A program made the position numbers and the translations under genes. DNA of 63,353 nt, the filler included, from Octopus bimaculoides (Eukaryota), in assembly GCF_001194135.2 (NCBI RefSeq). It is 4 parts of 3 records of this genome, joined end to end, with 100 filler letters (N's around TTAATTAATTAA, not from the genome) between each part and the next. Parts side by side here need not be neighbours in the genome. Positions count along the whole stretch, not along the records: positions 38,650 to 60,869 come from NC_068982.1; positions 60,970 to 63,353 come from NC_068986.1; 2 more parts are not named here. The stretch is one strand, 5' to 3'. Positions 50,033-63,353 of this stretch are shown piece after piece (positions within the stretch are counted from its first letter, which is position 1; each line of letters begins with the position of its first letter). The notes under the pieces are model-generated. The model ran no database searches. It worked only from the letters and a program-made list of their open reading frames with translations, and had not been told where the DNA came from.

Positions 50033-52164
50033 TATTCAAAATAATTCCAACTCTGTCTGTTTTTATGTTTTATTTATATTCTTATAATATTAATGTAGCA
50101 TATAGAATATATAGTATATATATATAGTAAAATGAAATGAAGTATTGATTGTCTTATTGAATAAATGAAATATTGAATATTAAATATTAAAGGACTAGTN
50201 NNNNNNNNNNNNNNNNNNNNNNNNNNNNNNNNNNNNNNNNNNNNNNNNNNNNNNNNNNNNNNNNNNNNNNNNNNNNNNNNNNNNNNNNNNNNNNNNNNNN
50301 NNNNNNNNNNNNNNNNNNNNNNNNNNNNNNNNNNNNNNNNNNNNNNNNNNNNNNNNNNNNNNNNNNNNNNNNATATATATATATATATATATATAATCCT
50401 TTTACGCTGTTACTTGTTTCAGTCATTTGAGTGTGGTTATGCTGGAGCACTGCCTTTTAGCTGAAAAACTCGACCCCTGAACTTATTCTTTGTAAGCCTG
50501 GTGCTTATTGTTTTGATATCTTCTGCCGAACCACGTACATATATACGTACATAAATAAGCGGAGGTAAAGAATACACACACCAGCCGTTTTCCGTGTAAC
50601 CCTAACCCTAAACACCGGGAGTGCGTATTCTTGACCTTCACCCATAAATACATATGCGTACATCTTTTTCGTATGTGAGAAAAAGGGAGAGAAGCTGTAT
50701 TTCTTCATAACAAATAGAAAAATTGATGTCTTTTTATGCAATTTCTTTTATTTGTGATTTATTTTAATACAATATTTATGTGTTCATTTTCATAAATGTT
50801 TGTCTGAGTAGAACTCTACACATGTGTGAAACATGCTATAAAGAAATGGAAAGCCACCAATTTAACAAAAGTTAGTATGTGTCACCAATGTAAGAAAGTC
50901 AACATTTACTTGGAACCTGTACTAAATGTTATAAAATTCACGATTGAATGAATGTCAATGTTAAGAAAGTGCAAGTCCATGAAAATTCAGAAGGCATGAT
51001 TCAGTTTTACAAGCAAAAATAATTTATTTTACAATTTTGAAACGAATGCTGAACAAAGTGCATAAAAAGGAAGATGCTGTTTTTGAACTGTGTAACATTA
51101 TAGGCTGTAGAATAAATGCTGAGTAATGCAGTACAACGTTGATACTCACAGTGATGAAGAATACAAGGACTGTTAGAAAAACATTAACTTGAAACTGGTT
51201 AAAAGGAGTGGAATAACATTTCTGTAAGTATATTGAAAGAGCTGCTGAGGCTTTCTACTTCGGCAAATTTCAGAATTTGTTATGATAATCAGAATAATAT
51301 TTTTTTCTGATATATTTGCGAGTATTGTGAGTGGTGTTAAATCAGGCAAATTTTCATGTTGGTAGTACTTGAAAGTGAACGTTGTTGTTTGTTTGAAGTC
51401 GAAGCCACAAGTAAAGTTTCAATATGTTTGCATTTCACTGTTGGCAGGAGTGGAAGTTACATAAACTAAGAGACAGACATGTACATTAATGCACACATGA
51501 AGCCTATCTCTGACCCTGTGTGTGTCTGTTTCTGTCTTTAGATGCATGTGTGTATGTGTCAGTTGTCACAAAGATGTATGTGTACTGACAGACACAGACA
51601 CCGTTACACACATACTTCTCAGTCATCGGCCTAATGTAGGTAACGAATGTGCGAACACATGCATATAGAAAACGTGATATCATCGTCATTGTGGTGGTGA
51701 TATAAAACGTTGTTAGGTGACTAAAAGAAAAAATGATAATGTTAAATTTTTGTAATGCAAATATGTGAATGAAAATATAGTTTATTTGGTAGCCAAAAAC
51801 TTACTGAATCTTTTGATACCCCTTACGTGAAAATCAGCAACTTGGTTTTGGAATGCGTATGGAACATACGTACGCGTGCACACACACACGTACACACTCC
51901 CTTTTATAGCTATAGATAACAATAATAATAATGATGTTAATAATAGTAATCTTTTCTTTATTAACTACTAAAAGTTCACCAAAAATGTTGGAGACATCAC
52001 ATCAACCCCAGTGCTCAAGTGTTTTTTAAAAATTTATTGGTCCTGAATGGATGAAAGGCAAGGTTGGCCTTGGTGGAATTTGAAATGAGAACATAATGGG
52101 AGAGAAAATGCTGCTAAGCATTTCTATCAGCTCACTATAATAATAATGAGAATATTTAAAAGGA

Positions 52165-52400
52165 ACCTGTCCGCTCTCAAAAATTAAGTAAAAAAACAGG
52201 AAAAATAATCCAGAATCCTTGTCTGGTACTAGATCGATCCCAAAATCTAATCAGCTTGTGCCAGTCACGAGGACAAACATCCCTGAAAGTTTTATCCGAA
52301 TCCATTCAGCAGTTCTTGAGATATCTTGTCCACAGACAAACAAACAAACAAGACTGAAAGCAATACCTCCACCTTTGCTAAAGTGGAGGTAATAATAATA
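52165..52400 (+). mobile_element. Helentron-associated (HINE-like) element: core, (CAAA)n, 3' hairpin, (AAT)n
   Basis: CACAGACAAACAAACAAAC followed by TACCTCCACCTT-TGCT-AAAGTGGAGGTA at 52364-52391; homologous to 3015-3150 and 3555-3800. Confidence 0.65.
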
Positions 52401-52559
52401 CTATCAGGTCATTAAAAATGAAATGTCCGATTTTGAAGTGAAAGTCTATTTTACTTTATCTCAACAAAAAGCAAGGCAGTTAATCAAAGTATACATCTAA
52501 ATTATCAACACAATTTTACCATTTTATTGGTAGCTTATTTATGCCAGCAGCAAAGAATT

Positions 52560-53285
52560 CTTAAGTGCAAGAGGTGATGAAATCATGAAAGGCATGTCCG
52601 TCAGAAAGGCATCTCCGTCAGAAAGGCATCTCCGTCAGATTTGAAACTTTTTCTTTGCGCAAAGTTGTCTAATGCCTGGAAAATGTAATAGACAGTTGGT
52701 GCAAGGTCTTGTGAATATGGTAGATGATAGACTACTTCCAAGTTCAGTTCCTGTAACTTGAGTAGCGTTGTTTGTCGAGCATTGTGTTGCAAGAAAATTG
52801 ACCTGTCCCTATTGATCAATCTGAGTTGTTTAATTGAAAATTCACTCATCATTTCATCCAGTTGGTTGATGCATACATCTGCTGTAATTGACTTAGTAGG
52901 TCTCATGAAGCTGTAGTGGATGACACCAACACTGAACCACCAAACAGACACCATTCGCTTTTTATGGTGAATTTTCTGTATTTGTATTGTGTTTTGGCAC
53001 TTTGTATCTATGCAACCACCATGAAGAATGCTTGCTTTTGTTGAAAATAATCCATTTTTCATTACACATAACAATAGAATGCAAATAAGGTTCACTTTTA
53101 AACCCTGACAGCAAAGAACTGCAAGTTCCAAGACAACATGTCATTTGATGCTCGTCCAGTTCACGTGGTACCCATTTGTCCAGCTTCATTACCTTGACAA
53201 TTTGTTTCAGATGGTGCAATACAGTTGGTATTGAGACATCAAACCTTGTTGCTAACTCATGCGTAGTTTGGAAAGTGCATTGGTG
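52560..53285 (-). pseudogene. 5'-truncated mariner (DD34D, Hsmar1/cecropia-like) transposase
   Basis: TVLHHLKQIVKVMKLDKWVPREL; IVMCNEKWI; MVSVWW..GVIHYSF; FLQHNAR; HLPYSQDLAPTVYYIFQALDNF. A 17-bp unit occurs three times at 52587-52637. Confidence 0.9.
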
Positions 53286-53302
53286 TTTTACACACACACA
53301 CA

Positions 53303-53367
<65 letters not shown>

Positions 53368-54178
53368 ATACACACACACACACACATACACACTCTACAA
53401 TATATATATATATAGGAAGAAATGCACACAAATGTACCACTAACGTACACCTCTATACAGAAAAGCAAACAAACGCACACACATACTAAAAACCATGTTA
53501 TGCACAATGCACTCAAACTCATACACAAAAGTATATTTGTGAACACACAAACAGCTGCTACATACCATAGGTACATCAATGTTTCTTTCCATTTAAGTAT
53601 ATTTCCAACAGAGACCACCAGTAGTTTGAATGGTTTATCTATTCCACACATTTTTTAATTCAACTCACAGATCTCAGATACATTTTGTAAAGGACTTAGA
53701 AGTGTGTGGACCCCCAGGTACTGCATTTATCAAACCATGGAGGACCTTGGACCCTAGTTTGGTAACCATTCTCATTCATATTATTTGTAACTTTACTAGA
53801 CTTGAGTCTGGTAAATTGATGTTTAAAACATCTCTCTATAGATATATCTTGCCTGAGTTCACTGGCTGCAAGACACAGTTATGTGAGTCAGATTCATAAT
53901 AACATTGACTGAGAGCCAGTCATTAAAATATTTTCTCTAATAAGAACATATGTAAATGTCAGATTAATCAGATTTCTATAATGACAAGATTCTCTCTCAC
54001 AAGCACACTCACTCATACATCTCTCTCTCTCACACACACATACACACATGCATGTAGACACACAAATTATCATTATAACGACAATATTCATATATGCCCA
54101 CACACATAGCTATGCATGCAATAACACACCTACGCTTGTAGGCTCATATTCCGAAGACATACCTTCACACATACCTAT

Positions 54179-54234
<56 letters not shown>

Positions 54235-55723
54235 CTTACACTCATATCTACACATACATAACAATACACTTATTCCTTCAAACGCACATTTAGAAAAGCG
54301 CTTATCTATTCACCCACCAAGACACATAATGACATATGCACCTGAATGTCTAATACAAACATTCCTACATATCCAGATACATACACAGTACACACTTACC
54401 TGCACACCTTATAAATTACATCAAATATGCACATACACATAGAGAACACTAACATAGCCATATTTGTATTTATACACACATACACCTCCCCCCCATATCA
54501 CTTCCACACAGCTGTCTGCCATTTTATAAAATCTAAGGGTGCATGTTTTACCTGGTTAAAAACTAATTTTCATAACCAGATGCAAACTTCAGTTGATGGC
54601 CTTCAAACTGCCAAATAATAGCAATTTCATATGCATAGTTTACCATACATAAATGTGCATGCACATATGCATGTCAGTTCTGTAACTTGCATATGCTGAA
54701 CTATAATTGAGTAACATTTGCATGTGCATTCATTACTGCATACAATTGTTGCAATAGAGTAGCACAATTACATCTGTGCATGGGCATATTTAATCGCACA
54801 TTTAAATTTAGGGCTGTTTAAGTGTATGTTTCCAGATCCTGCCCAAAATTATTGTGTACCTGTGGTTTTTGTTGTTCTGTGCTGTGTTGTATATGTGGTC
54901 ATGTACATATGCATTCTTGCAGATATGGATGCATGCACTCACTTATATATATAAATTTAATAAATTAACTAAGAGAAAATTAATACATATAATAATATAT
55001 ATATATATGTGTACATGCACATATATATCGTTATATATATTTATATGTGCAAACACACACTCACAAACATGCACATGTGCACACATGTGTATATAATATA
55101 AGTATATATATATATATATATATATATATCCTTATATATATTTTGCTAAGAGCTGCAATTTGCATTTGGAAGTAAATGTAAATAGGAAGACAAATGCAAA
55201 AATATTTGAGCAACAGTCATAGGGGCAATGATCAGTTTTGTCTTAAAGAAAGAAGAAAAGTTGCCTAACTTGAAAAATAAACAAGTTGTTCCTCCTTTAA
55301 TAAATTCTAATAATCATTTGGTGTCAATAATAAAAACTGTTGAATGAATATTATATGTGAGTATATATGCATGTCTGTATGTGTATGCAAACCTACCTTT
55401 TACGTTTGTGTATTTGTATCTATATATTTGTATACATGTGTGTTTGTCTTTGTACATATTGTATGTAGCAACTGTTTGTGTGCTCACAAATACACTGTTG
55501 TGTATGAGTTTGAGTGCATTGTGCATTTGTATGTGCATGACATGTTTTTGTGCATGTGTTTGCTTTTCTTTATAGTAGTGATGCATTTGTGTGCATTTCT
55601 GCCTATATGTATATTTTAGTGTGTGTGTGTAACACCAACGCACTTTCCATTTCACTTCAGTTTTTATTTTGATGTTTAATTTAACTTGAGAAGAAATAAT
55701 TTATATATATATAATAGATATAA

Positions 55724-55786
<63 letters not shown>

Positions 55787-56065
55787 GTATTTATGTATGC
55801 ATGCATGCATGCATGTATGTATACATGTACAAATCTATGTTTATATCTATGTATGTATATGTGTCTATATATATATATATATACACACGCTTGTATACAT
55901 ATATATTTATATATATATATGCATGTATATATATATGTGAATATATATGTATGTATATACACATATATATTTAAATGCATGGATTTATATGCGTTTGTTT
56001 ATATATATAGGTATGTATGTTTGTATGAATATATGTATGTATGAATGTATATATATGTATGAATG

Positions 56066-56104
<39 letters not shown>

Positions 56105-56714
56105 ACATACACATATATAAATCTATGTTTGTATATATATGTGTATTTTTGTATACATACATACATACATACATATATATGTATGTATGTTTATGTATAA
56201 ATAAATAAATATATGTATATTTTTTTTCTTTTTCTCATTTCCCTGTAAACTTCATTTACTTAAATAAGTGAATATTGTAATTTTGCCTAGATGACTTGTT
56301 TCTTACTTTTTTTTAATGGTCATCAATGTAATTCTTATACGTGTGTTTGTTCATATAGAGTAATTCTTTGAAATAATAACTTAATTTTCTCTCAGCACTG
56401 GAATTCAATTTGTAATAAATAATTTGGTTACACTGTTGATGGTTGGAAGCTCTGATCTTTTCTCTCGTTATGTGATTCTTTTTTTTTTTGTTTGTCTTTT
56501 TGGTGTCATTTTCCTCAACTGTTTGTTAGAATTTTTATTGGAAATTTTCGGTCCTTTGGAAACTACGCATATAATTTCCAATAGCAAATGAGACCAGCTT
56601 GATATCATATTACCACTGCCTACATATATTAGCATGGAAGCCAATGAAGAAACCACTACATAGTTGTTTGAATTGCTAGATATAGCAGACTCAGCTTTTG
56701 TATATCATTTAGTA

Positions 56715-57012
56715 CTGTTTTGAGTTCAATTCCCAGACTGGATTTTGTGTTGTGTTCTTGAGCAAAACAATTTATTTCACATTGCTCCAGTTTACTCAAA
56801 TGTAAAAATGAGTTGCGACATCACTCATGCCAAGCAGTATCAGTGTTTGCTTTTCCCTTGGATAACATCAATGGCAGTGAGAGTGGAGGCTGGTATACAT
56901 GGCCAAATGCTGGTCTTCCATAAAGACTTCCTGGACTTGTGCCTTGGAGAGGAAATTTTTAGATCCTATCCCATAGTCATTCATAACCAAAAGGGGTCTT
57001 TACCCTTTACCT
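56715..57012 (+). mobile_element. SINE with conserved core and GGGGTCTTTACCCTTTACC tail
   Basis: B-box-like GAGTTCAATTCC followed by the shared core. Confidence 0.65.
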
Positions 57013-57139
57013 GAGTAAGAAAGAGATGTTAATGTAGGAATACTTTTTGTTATAAGTATATTCAGTCATTGATGACCCAGGTTTAAACAACAACACCAAC
57101 ATGAAAATATTTCATATTAATTATTGTTTTGGCTGGCTT

Positions 57140-57520
57140 CCAATTTGGGCTGCAATAACAATGTCTACTTGCCACACTTCTCGGTCTGTCATCACTGCCT
57201 CTAGGTTCTGAATACATTCTAGGCCAATGTCTGTAGTCAAGTTCTTGATGTGTGTCAACATTTCCCTCGTCTTACATCACCATGAAGTAGCTTCCACAAG
57301 AGTAATTTGGATGCTACCATCAGAGGGTGGTGCACACAGTGAGTGACCTGCCATCTTTACCTGATTTTCATGGTAACTTTTGGCAGGTTTCCAGAAAGGG
57401 GTTCATTTGTTGCATGTTACTGCCTTTTCACCTATAGGACTGTTCGTAGCATCCTTGTGTAACATCTATTTAGCCTGTTTGATAATATCTTTGTCAGCAT
57501 AGCCATATAATAGCTGTTAC
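57140..57520 (-). mobile_element. RTE-clade LINE 3' fragment
   Basis: LLYG...MAGHS...TDIGLE...MTDREVW matches the RTE C-terminal pattern; decayed. Confidence 0.6.
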
Positions 57521-58075
57521 ATGGTAGAGAAACACAGACACTAACAAAGGAATTATCATATATTACATAGCAGAATTGTTAAAGCTTTGAAAGAGCATTT
57601 TGGTTTATTTGTTGTGAGTTTTTACACTCTCAGTTCAAATTTCACCAAAATAAACTGTCTTTCACCCCTTTGGCACCAATAAAGTTAAAAAAACCTATCA
57701 AATAATTGGTCAGTTTAATTGATGAACCTCTCCTAATAGAAACAATTATTAATTGTACCATTTTTCCTTTGTTTCTTTGGTAGTTCATCCCTTTAACATT
57801 CAGATTACTCTGTCAAATGTAATGCTTATTTATTCACATTGTTTTGAATAATCATGTATTATCTCATGGCTTCAGGATTTCAGTCATGTTATTGTTTGCT
57901 TTTAAAGTATTATGGTAGAGTATGTGTGAGAGGCTGGATCTGGCTAGTTTCAACATAAAACAAGTAAAATATTTGGGCTGGATATGGCTGATTTGAATGC
58001 TAAAGGGTTAAATGTTTCTTAGGGACCTTGCTCCTGTTTTACAACCAATCTTAGATTTATTTCTTAATTCAGAGC

Positions 58076-58400
58076 AGTGGTTCTCAACAGGGGTCTATAT
58101 AAGATTTTTTTTTTGGTCCACACAACAGAAATAGTAAACTGGGATCTACAATACAATTTTAAGGCCCCCTGAAAAATTTTGCACTAAATGTATGTATTGG
58201 TATGTATTGCAAGAAGCAACGATGTTTCTTTCTCTAACATTTTACATAATTCAACCTACACAAGGAAATGTGTGGAAAATGGAATAGGAATTTTGAAAGA
58301 AGTTTCTATATGACTAGTTTTTAGATATCGACTGGCTATGGGGTCCACCAAAATAGAAGAATAATCAAAGGGGTCCATGGATAAAAAATGGTTGGCCCCT
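58076..58400 (+). mobile_element. hAT-type MITE (CAGTGGTTCTCAAC...GGTTG..CCCCTG); partial inverted copy at 62478-62615
   Basis: TIR-like ends; internal GGGGTCCAC/GGGTCCAT blocks are shared in reverse orientation with 62490-62550. Confidence 0.6.
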
Positions 58401-58941
58401 GTTTTAGACCAATGAACTGTAATCATGACAATGATGATGATGGTGAAATGTGGAATATCTTAGCTTTGAGTGGGTAGCTAGTCATTAAAATCACTGAATG
58501 GAATATATTGGAGAGTTTCCTTGACTGTTGTGCTGTAGACATGTAATGCATGTAGATGATAGGTCTTGGGTGAAAAAGTGTTGTTCTCTTTTCTGTCTTG
58601 AATATCCTGCAGAAGGAGAAAACTAGGATAGTTTGTAAGTAGAAGTATTCGAATTCAATCCCAGGACTGTGGGCATCACAGTAGAGATGTTTGGGAGGGT
58701 GAGACAATTGGTCCAAATATAGGATAATACTTGTCAGTACACTAGATTTTACTTGCTTCAATTATTGGGCTGCAGCCATGCTAGGGCAGCACCTGAAAGG
58801 ATTTAGTGGACCCCAGTACTTATTTTCTGTTTTTTTTTTAAGCCTGGTACTTATTCTGGTGGTTTCTTTTTACCAAACTGGTAAGTTAGAGGGACGTAAA
58901 CAAATCAATGCTAGATGGATTGTCAAGTGATGGCAGTGGAC

Positions 58942-58992
<51 letters not shown>

Positions 58993-59674
58993 TGGGCTTC
59001 TTTCAGTTTCTTATTTCTTTAATGCCCACAAGGGGCTAAACATAGAGGGGACAAACAAGGAAAGACAAAAGGATTAAGTTGATTACATCGACCGCAGTGC
59101 ATAACTGGTACTTATTTAATCGATCCCCGAAAGGATGAAAGGCAAAGTCAACCTGGGTGGAATTTGAACTCAGGACATAACGGCAGACGAAATACCGCTA
59201 AGTATTTCGCCCGGCGCGCTAACATTTCTGCCAGCTCACCGCTTCTTTTAGTTTCTGTCTACCAAATCAACTTGCAAGGCCGTGGCAGGCCTGGAGCTAC
59301 AGTAGAAGGCACTTGCCCAAGGTGTCATGCAAAGAGACTGAGCCTGGAACCATGTGGCTGGCAGTGATACAAACTTCTTACTACACAGCTACTCCTGTAC
59401 CCATGTACATTACGAACAAGTTTGTATCGTTAATTCATCATACCCCAATCACATATAACTAATCAGAGCAGGAAGTGAATTGCAAGAATTATTAAACCCT
59501 TTTGATGCCAACACACCCAATACTACCTTAAGTTCTACGACACAACCTTCCTGATAATTTGTTTCAAACACCTGGCTAAATAATGACAAAGTTATTTAAC
59601 TAAATTCTTTGTTATTCAAGGAAATTAATTGAAACAAAGGTGGTACATTTCAGGAGCAATATGGTAGAATTATG

Positions 59675-59912
59675 TGGAGGCGCGTGGCTTAGTGGTTAGG
59701 CTGTCAGCATCATGATCGCAAGATTGTGGTTTCGATTCCTGGACCGGGCAACGCTTTGTGTACTTCAGCAAAACACTTCATTTCACATTGCTCCAGTCCA
59801 CTCAGCTGGCAAAAATGACTGATACTGCAATGGACTGGAGTCCCATCCACCTGGGGATCACATACACAATTGAAACCGGGGCCTTGAGCCTGGCTAGGCT
59901 TTAAAAGGGTGC
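59675..59912 (+). mobile_element. Complete tRNA-derived SINE with perfect 16-bp target-site duplication
   Basis: ATATGGTAGAATTATG at 59659-59674 and 59913-59928; A box TGGCTTAGTGG and B box GGTTTCGATTCC. Confidence 0.9.
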
Positions 59913-60785
59913 ATATGGTAGAATTATGGATCAGAGTAGCAGACAAACTACCATAAAAAATTTAGTTAAGTCCTTTTTCATTCTGAAACAAAATTCTTCA
60001 GTGGTTGGCTTCACATTTTACTTTTATGTGGTTGGTTGCGCAAGAGTACAGATTTTAAAATGCTTTCTTCTACTGGTGTTCTATATTTAAAGATCTTTTA
60101 CAATCACATTCCAACCCTTTACACTGACATAATATGCATATACCATTTCCATATGCACTCAAATTGCATGCTTACATTTTGATTTTTCTTGATACATTAT
60201 TCAATTACAACGATTTATTGCAGCCCTATTACTTTATAATTTTGCCAAGCAGAATGTTTTCAGCATTTATGTCTTGTGATTTATTGCTTCTTGTGGTATT
60301 TATGTCAATTTCTTAATATTACTTTGTACTTTTGGTAAGCATTGAGTGTTATAAAGAGCTCACGAATCATAACACAAAGCATTTAAGCCAAAATGGTAAT
60401 AACAATGGTAGCAGAACGAAATAGAGTGGTATTACTACAATGAGAATTACTTTATATCTCGTATGATTAAAATTAATATTCTATGTACACTACATTTTGG
60501 CAATGTGTTTTACAACCACACACACACATTTGCATGCATATGTGTATTTGCAGTTGTGTGTGTAAATCTATTTGTGCATACATGTATATGTATGCATGTT
60601 TGTTTGCGTGTGTGTGTGTGTGTGTGTGTGTGTGGCAGGGTTGTGGTAAGAAATTTGCTACATACCAGATGGTTCCAGTCTCAATCCCACTGCGTGGCAT
60701 CTTGGACAGGTCTCTTCTACTATAGTCCTGGGCCAACCATATCCTTGTGTGTGGACCTAGCAGACTCAAACTGAAACAGGCCCAT

Positions 60786-60816
<31 letters not shown>

Positions 60817-60825
60817 ACACACATT

Positions 60826-60869
<44 letters not shown>

Positions 60870-61044
60870 NNNNNNNNNNNNNNNNNNNNNNNNNNNNNNN
60901 NNNNNNNNNNNNNTTAATTAATTAANNNNNNNNNNNNNNNNNNNNNNNNNNNNNNNNNNNNNNNNNNNNACTTTGTTAAATAAAATTTCTTTTATTTAAG
61001 CAAGAAACGTGAGTAACTCTCTGTTTACAAAATTTTAAAACGTT

Positions 61045-61340
61045 TTATAGAATCATGGTCAAGCTGGCTTCGTCATTTATACGTGCCATTCTTGCTACAT
61101 GTATCCATCTTTTTGCGAAACATTTGCTAGACAACACTTGCCTCTCTACTCTCACCTTCCTTTTCAAGTGATACTTGAAAAAGTTGATGAGAGATTGACC
61201 AGAGAGGAAAGTATTTGTCTCTAATCCTTTCAGACGCGTCCACCAGATGCATTCTTTGGCCATAGCCACAAGTACGATAAATACAGCTCTTCCTTCCCGT
61301 TTAAAGGAAGGAGGCGTGACGATATTGACGATATAGATAT
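61045..61340 (-). mobile_element. L1/Tx1-like LINE ORF2 C-terminal fragment
   Basis: FKREGRAVFIVLVAMAKECIWWTRLKG...LINFFKYHLKRKVRVERQVL...FAKRW resembles the region after the zf-RVT of L1/Tx1 elements. Confidence 0.5.
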
Positions 61341-61817
61341 CTGTTCAAACTTCATCTTGTTTTTTTCGTTCATACCATAACAGAGCCCAGTGCTACAAAT
61401 ATCGATTTCTATTAAAGATATTTCTTTGCAAAATTCGCTTACGCAACAATTTCTTAGCTTCTTCAGGTTTTAATGTCAAAGTTAACGATTTCCAAATATT
61501 CTGATATTGTTCTCTCATACATTTTCTCTCGTAGGCATTCCTCATAAACCAGAACCCTACTACCAATATGATTATATCGTTCATTTCTTACTTGTTTCAA
61601 TCATTGGACTGTGGCCATGCTGGTGCATCGTCTTGAAGGGTTTTGTCGAACGAATCGTCTCCTGTACTGCATTTTCTTTCCAGTCTGGTATTCTATAGGT
61701 TTCTTTTGCCTAACCGCTAAGTCAGGAGGACGTAAACAAATTAACACAAGTTGTCAAGCGGTGGCAGGGACATTTAACACAGGTTGTCAAGCGGTGGCAG
61801 GGACAAAGACACACACG

Positions 61818-61851
<34 letters not shown>

Positions 61852-63353
61852 CATACATACATGCATGCATGCATGCATGCAAACATACATATATACATAC
61901 GTACCTATATATATATATATATATATACATACACTAATATACTACCGTTTGAAGAAGTGGCGAAAGAGACAAAATAAAAAAAGGCGTGTATTTTAAATTT
62001 TACTCAGGAAATAACATAACGCCTATGGCAATTTATTGTTCCTTCAACAATTTTGAAATGAAGGGCAGTATGTTACGACTGAAGATCCACCTCGACTGCT
62101 TGGGCCCGGTCTGCAGAGTGGACTCAGCTAAAGTAGTCCGATGTACCAGGTGGTGATGTCGAACCGGGTGATGGATTAAGTCTACTACATAAGTAGTCTC
62201 TGTTTGAACACAAAACGGTTCGGGTCAAAACAATGGCTTTCTAATAGCTTCGTTTTCCAATGCCCTAGACTGGTATAATTTTATCGAAACCGAACAGATA
62301 ATAAGCAGAAATGAATTCGATGGGATTTTAACTCAGCGCACCGAGAATGGGAACACATATAGTGACGTATCGTGTTCAACGCTCATACGACCCAGCCGTT
62401 TTATCGCTTAGAGTGCATTTAACACTAAAGCAACTAGGGCGGACATCGACATAAACCACAACAATCCCATTAAATCAGCGGTTTTCAACTGTCTTTTTTC
62501 ACTTATGGACCCCTTTGATTTCTATTTTACTCGCGTGGACCCTCATAGCTAATTGATGTTTAAAAACTATTATATTTTTGTAATTAAGTATTGTTAGGGA
62601 TTGTATATAAAACATTGTTAAGCTTGCTTCCCAACCACTTGGTTCCGGCTTCAGCCCCACTGCGCTGCAGATTGGGCAAGGGTCTTCTATTATAGCCTGA
62701 GGCTGACTAAAGCCTTGTGACTGGATTTCGTAGACGGAAACTGAAAAAAGCCCGTCCTATACATATATTTCTATCTGTGTGTATTTCTATCTGTGTTTTT
62801 TTTTTATTTCTCATGTTTATGTTTATTTCTTGAATGATTTTAGGTATTTTCTTAGGGATTTGACCTGAAGAGTGACTGATTCTGGGAGTAAAATCATTTC
62901 CCCGTTCTAATGAACTCTGATAGAATTTGCTTATGATTTTATATAGTCCTATTTCAGCCATGAAACGCGCGTACTCTATATACTAGCACTAACTTTTATA
63001 CATTTATACGTCCATACTGTATATTATCGTATTCATTTTTACTGTCTAATTTATAGATTTGACTTTTAAATTCTTTTAGATTATATTTCTATGATTTATT
63101 TATATGATTTATATGATTTATTTATGTAATATATTATTTAATTTAAATTTTAGATTAAAATCTTAGATATATTAAGATGGTATATGCCTCACAGCATGGA
63201 TTTCGACGGGTTTTGAGTTGACTGAGTTGTAAGGTGGTGGTTCGTCTCTAAATTAGTTATATACATATATATTATATATAAGGAAACCCGGTGTAATATT
63301 ATACCGATTTTTGCCTGTAAGGATGGAATAAACTCTTATTCCCTAATATTATT

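Noticed and set aside
50597-50611. TAACCCTAACCCTAA telomere-like repeat
   Set aside because: Only 2.5 units; too short to call an interstitial telomere and could be a TE remnant.

Overview
Repeat-dense, AT-rich metazoan genomic DNA with many N-gaps. It is most likely octopus; this is inferred from the SINE families and microsatellite load and cannot be verified here. There is no long intact ORF, and nearly all long ORFs in the track come from N-runs or microsatellites. The window is mostly intron/intergenic sequence holding: at least four SINE families; decayed LINE fragments (R4/Dong-type restriction-like endonuclease, RTE, CR1-like, L1/Tx1-like), all on the minus strand; decayed DNA transposons (maT DD37D, two DD34D mariners, a hATm-like transposase); piggyBac- and hAT-type MITEs; and Helentron-like (HINE) elements. 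Two clear promoter-like islands are present: a dyad-symmetric NRF1-ETS-NRF1/YY1 island at ~16.6 kb and a minus-strand TATA/CCAAT/E-box promoter at ~20.7 kb. The 13.6-19.2 kb region is unusually structured. It contains a foldback-like element enclosing a Penelope-type fold-back with a minimal type I hammerhead ribozyme on each strand, a diverged ~200-bp tandem array with a conserved hairpin, and a 46-bp hairpin that is fully paired only on the minus strand and starts at a candidate 5' splice site. Several small splice-site-flanked candidate exons exist, but no protein could be identified.
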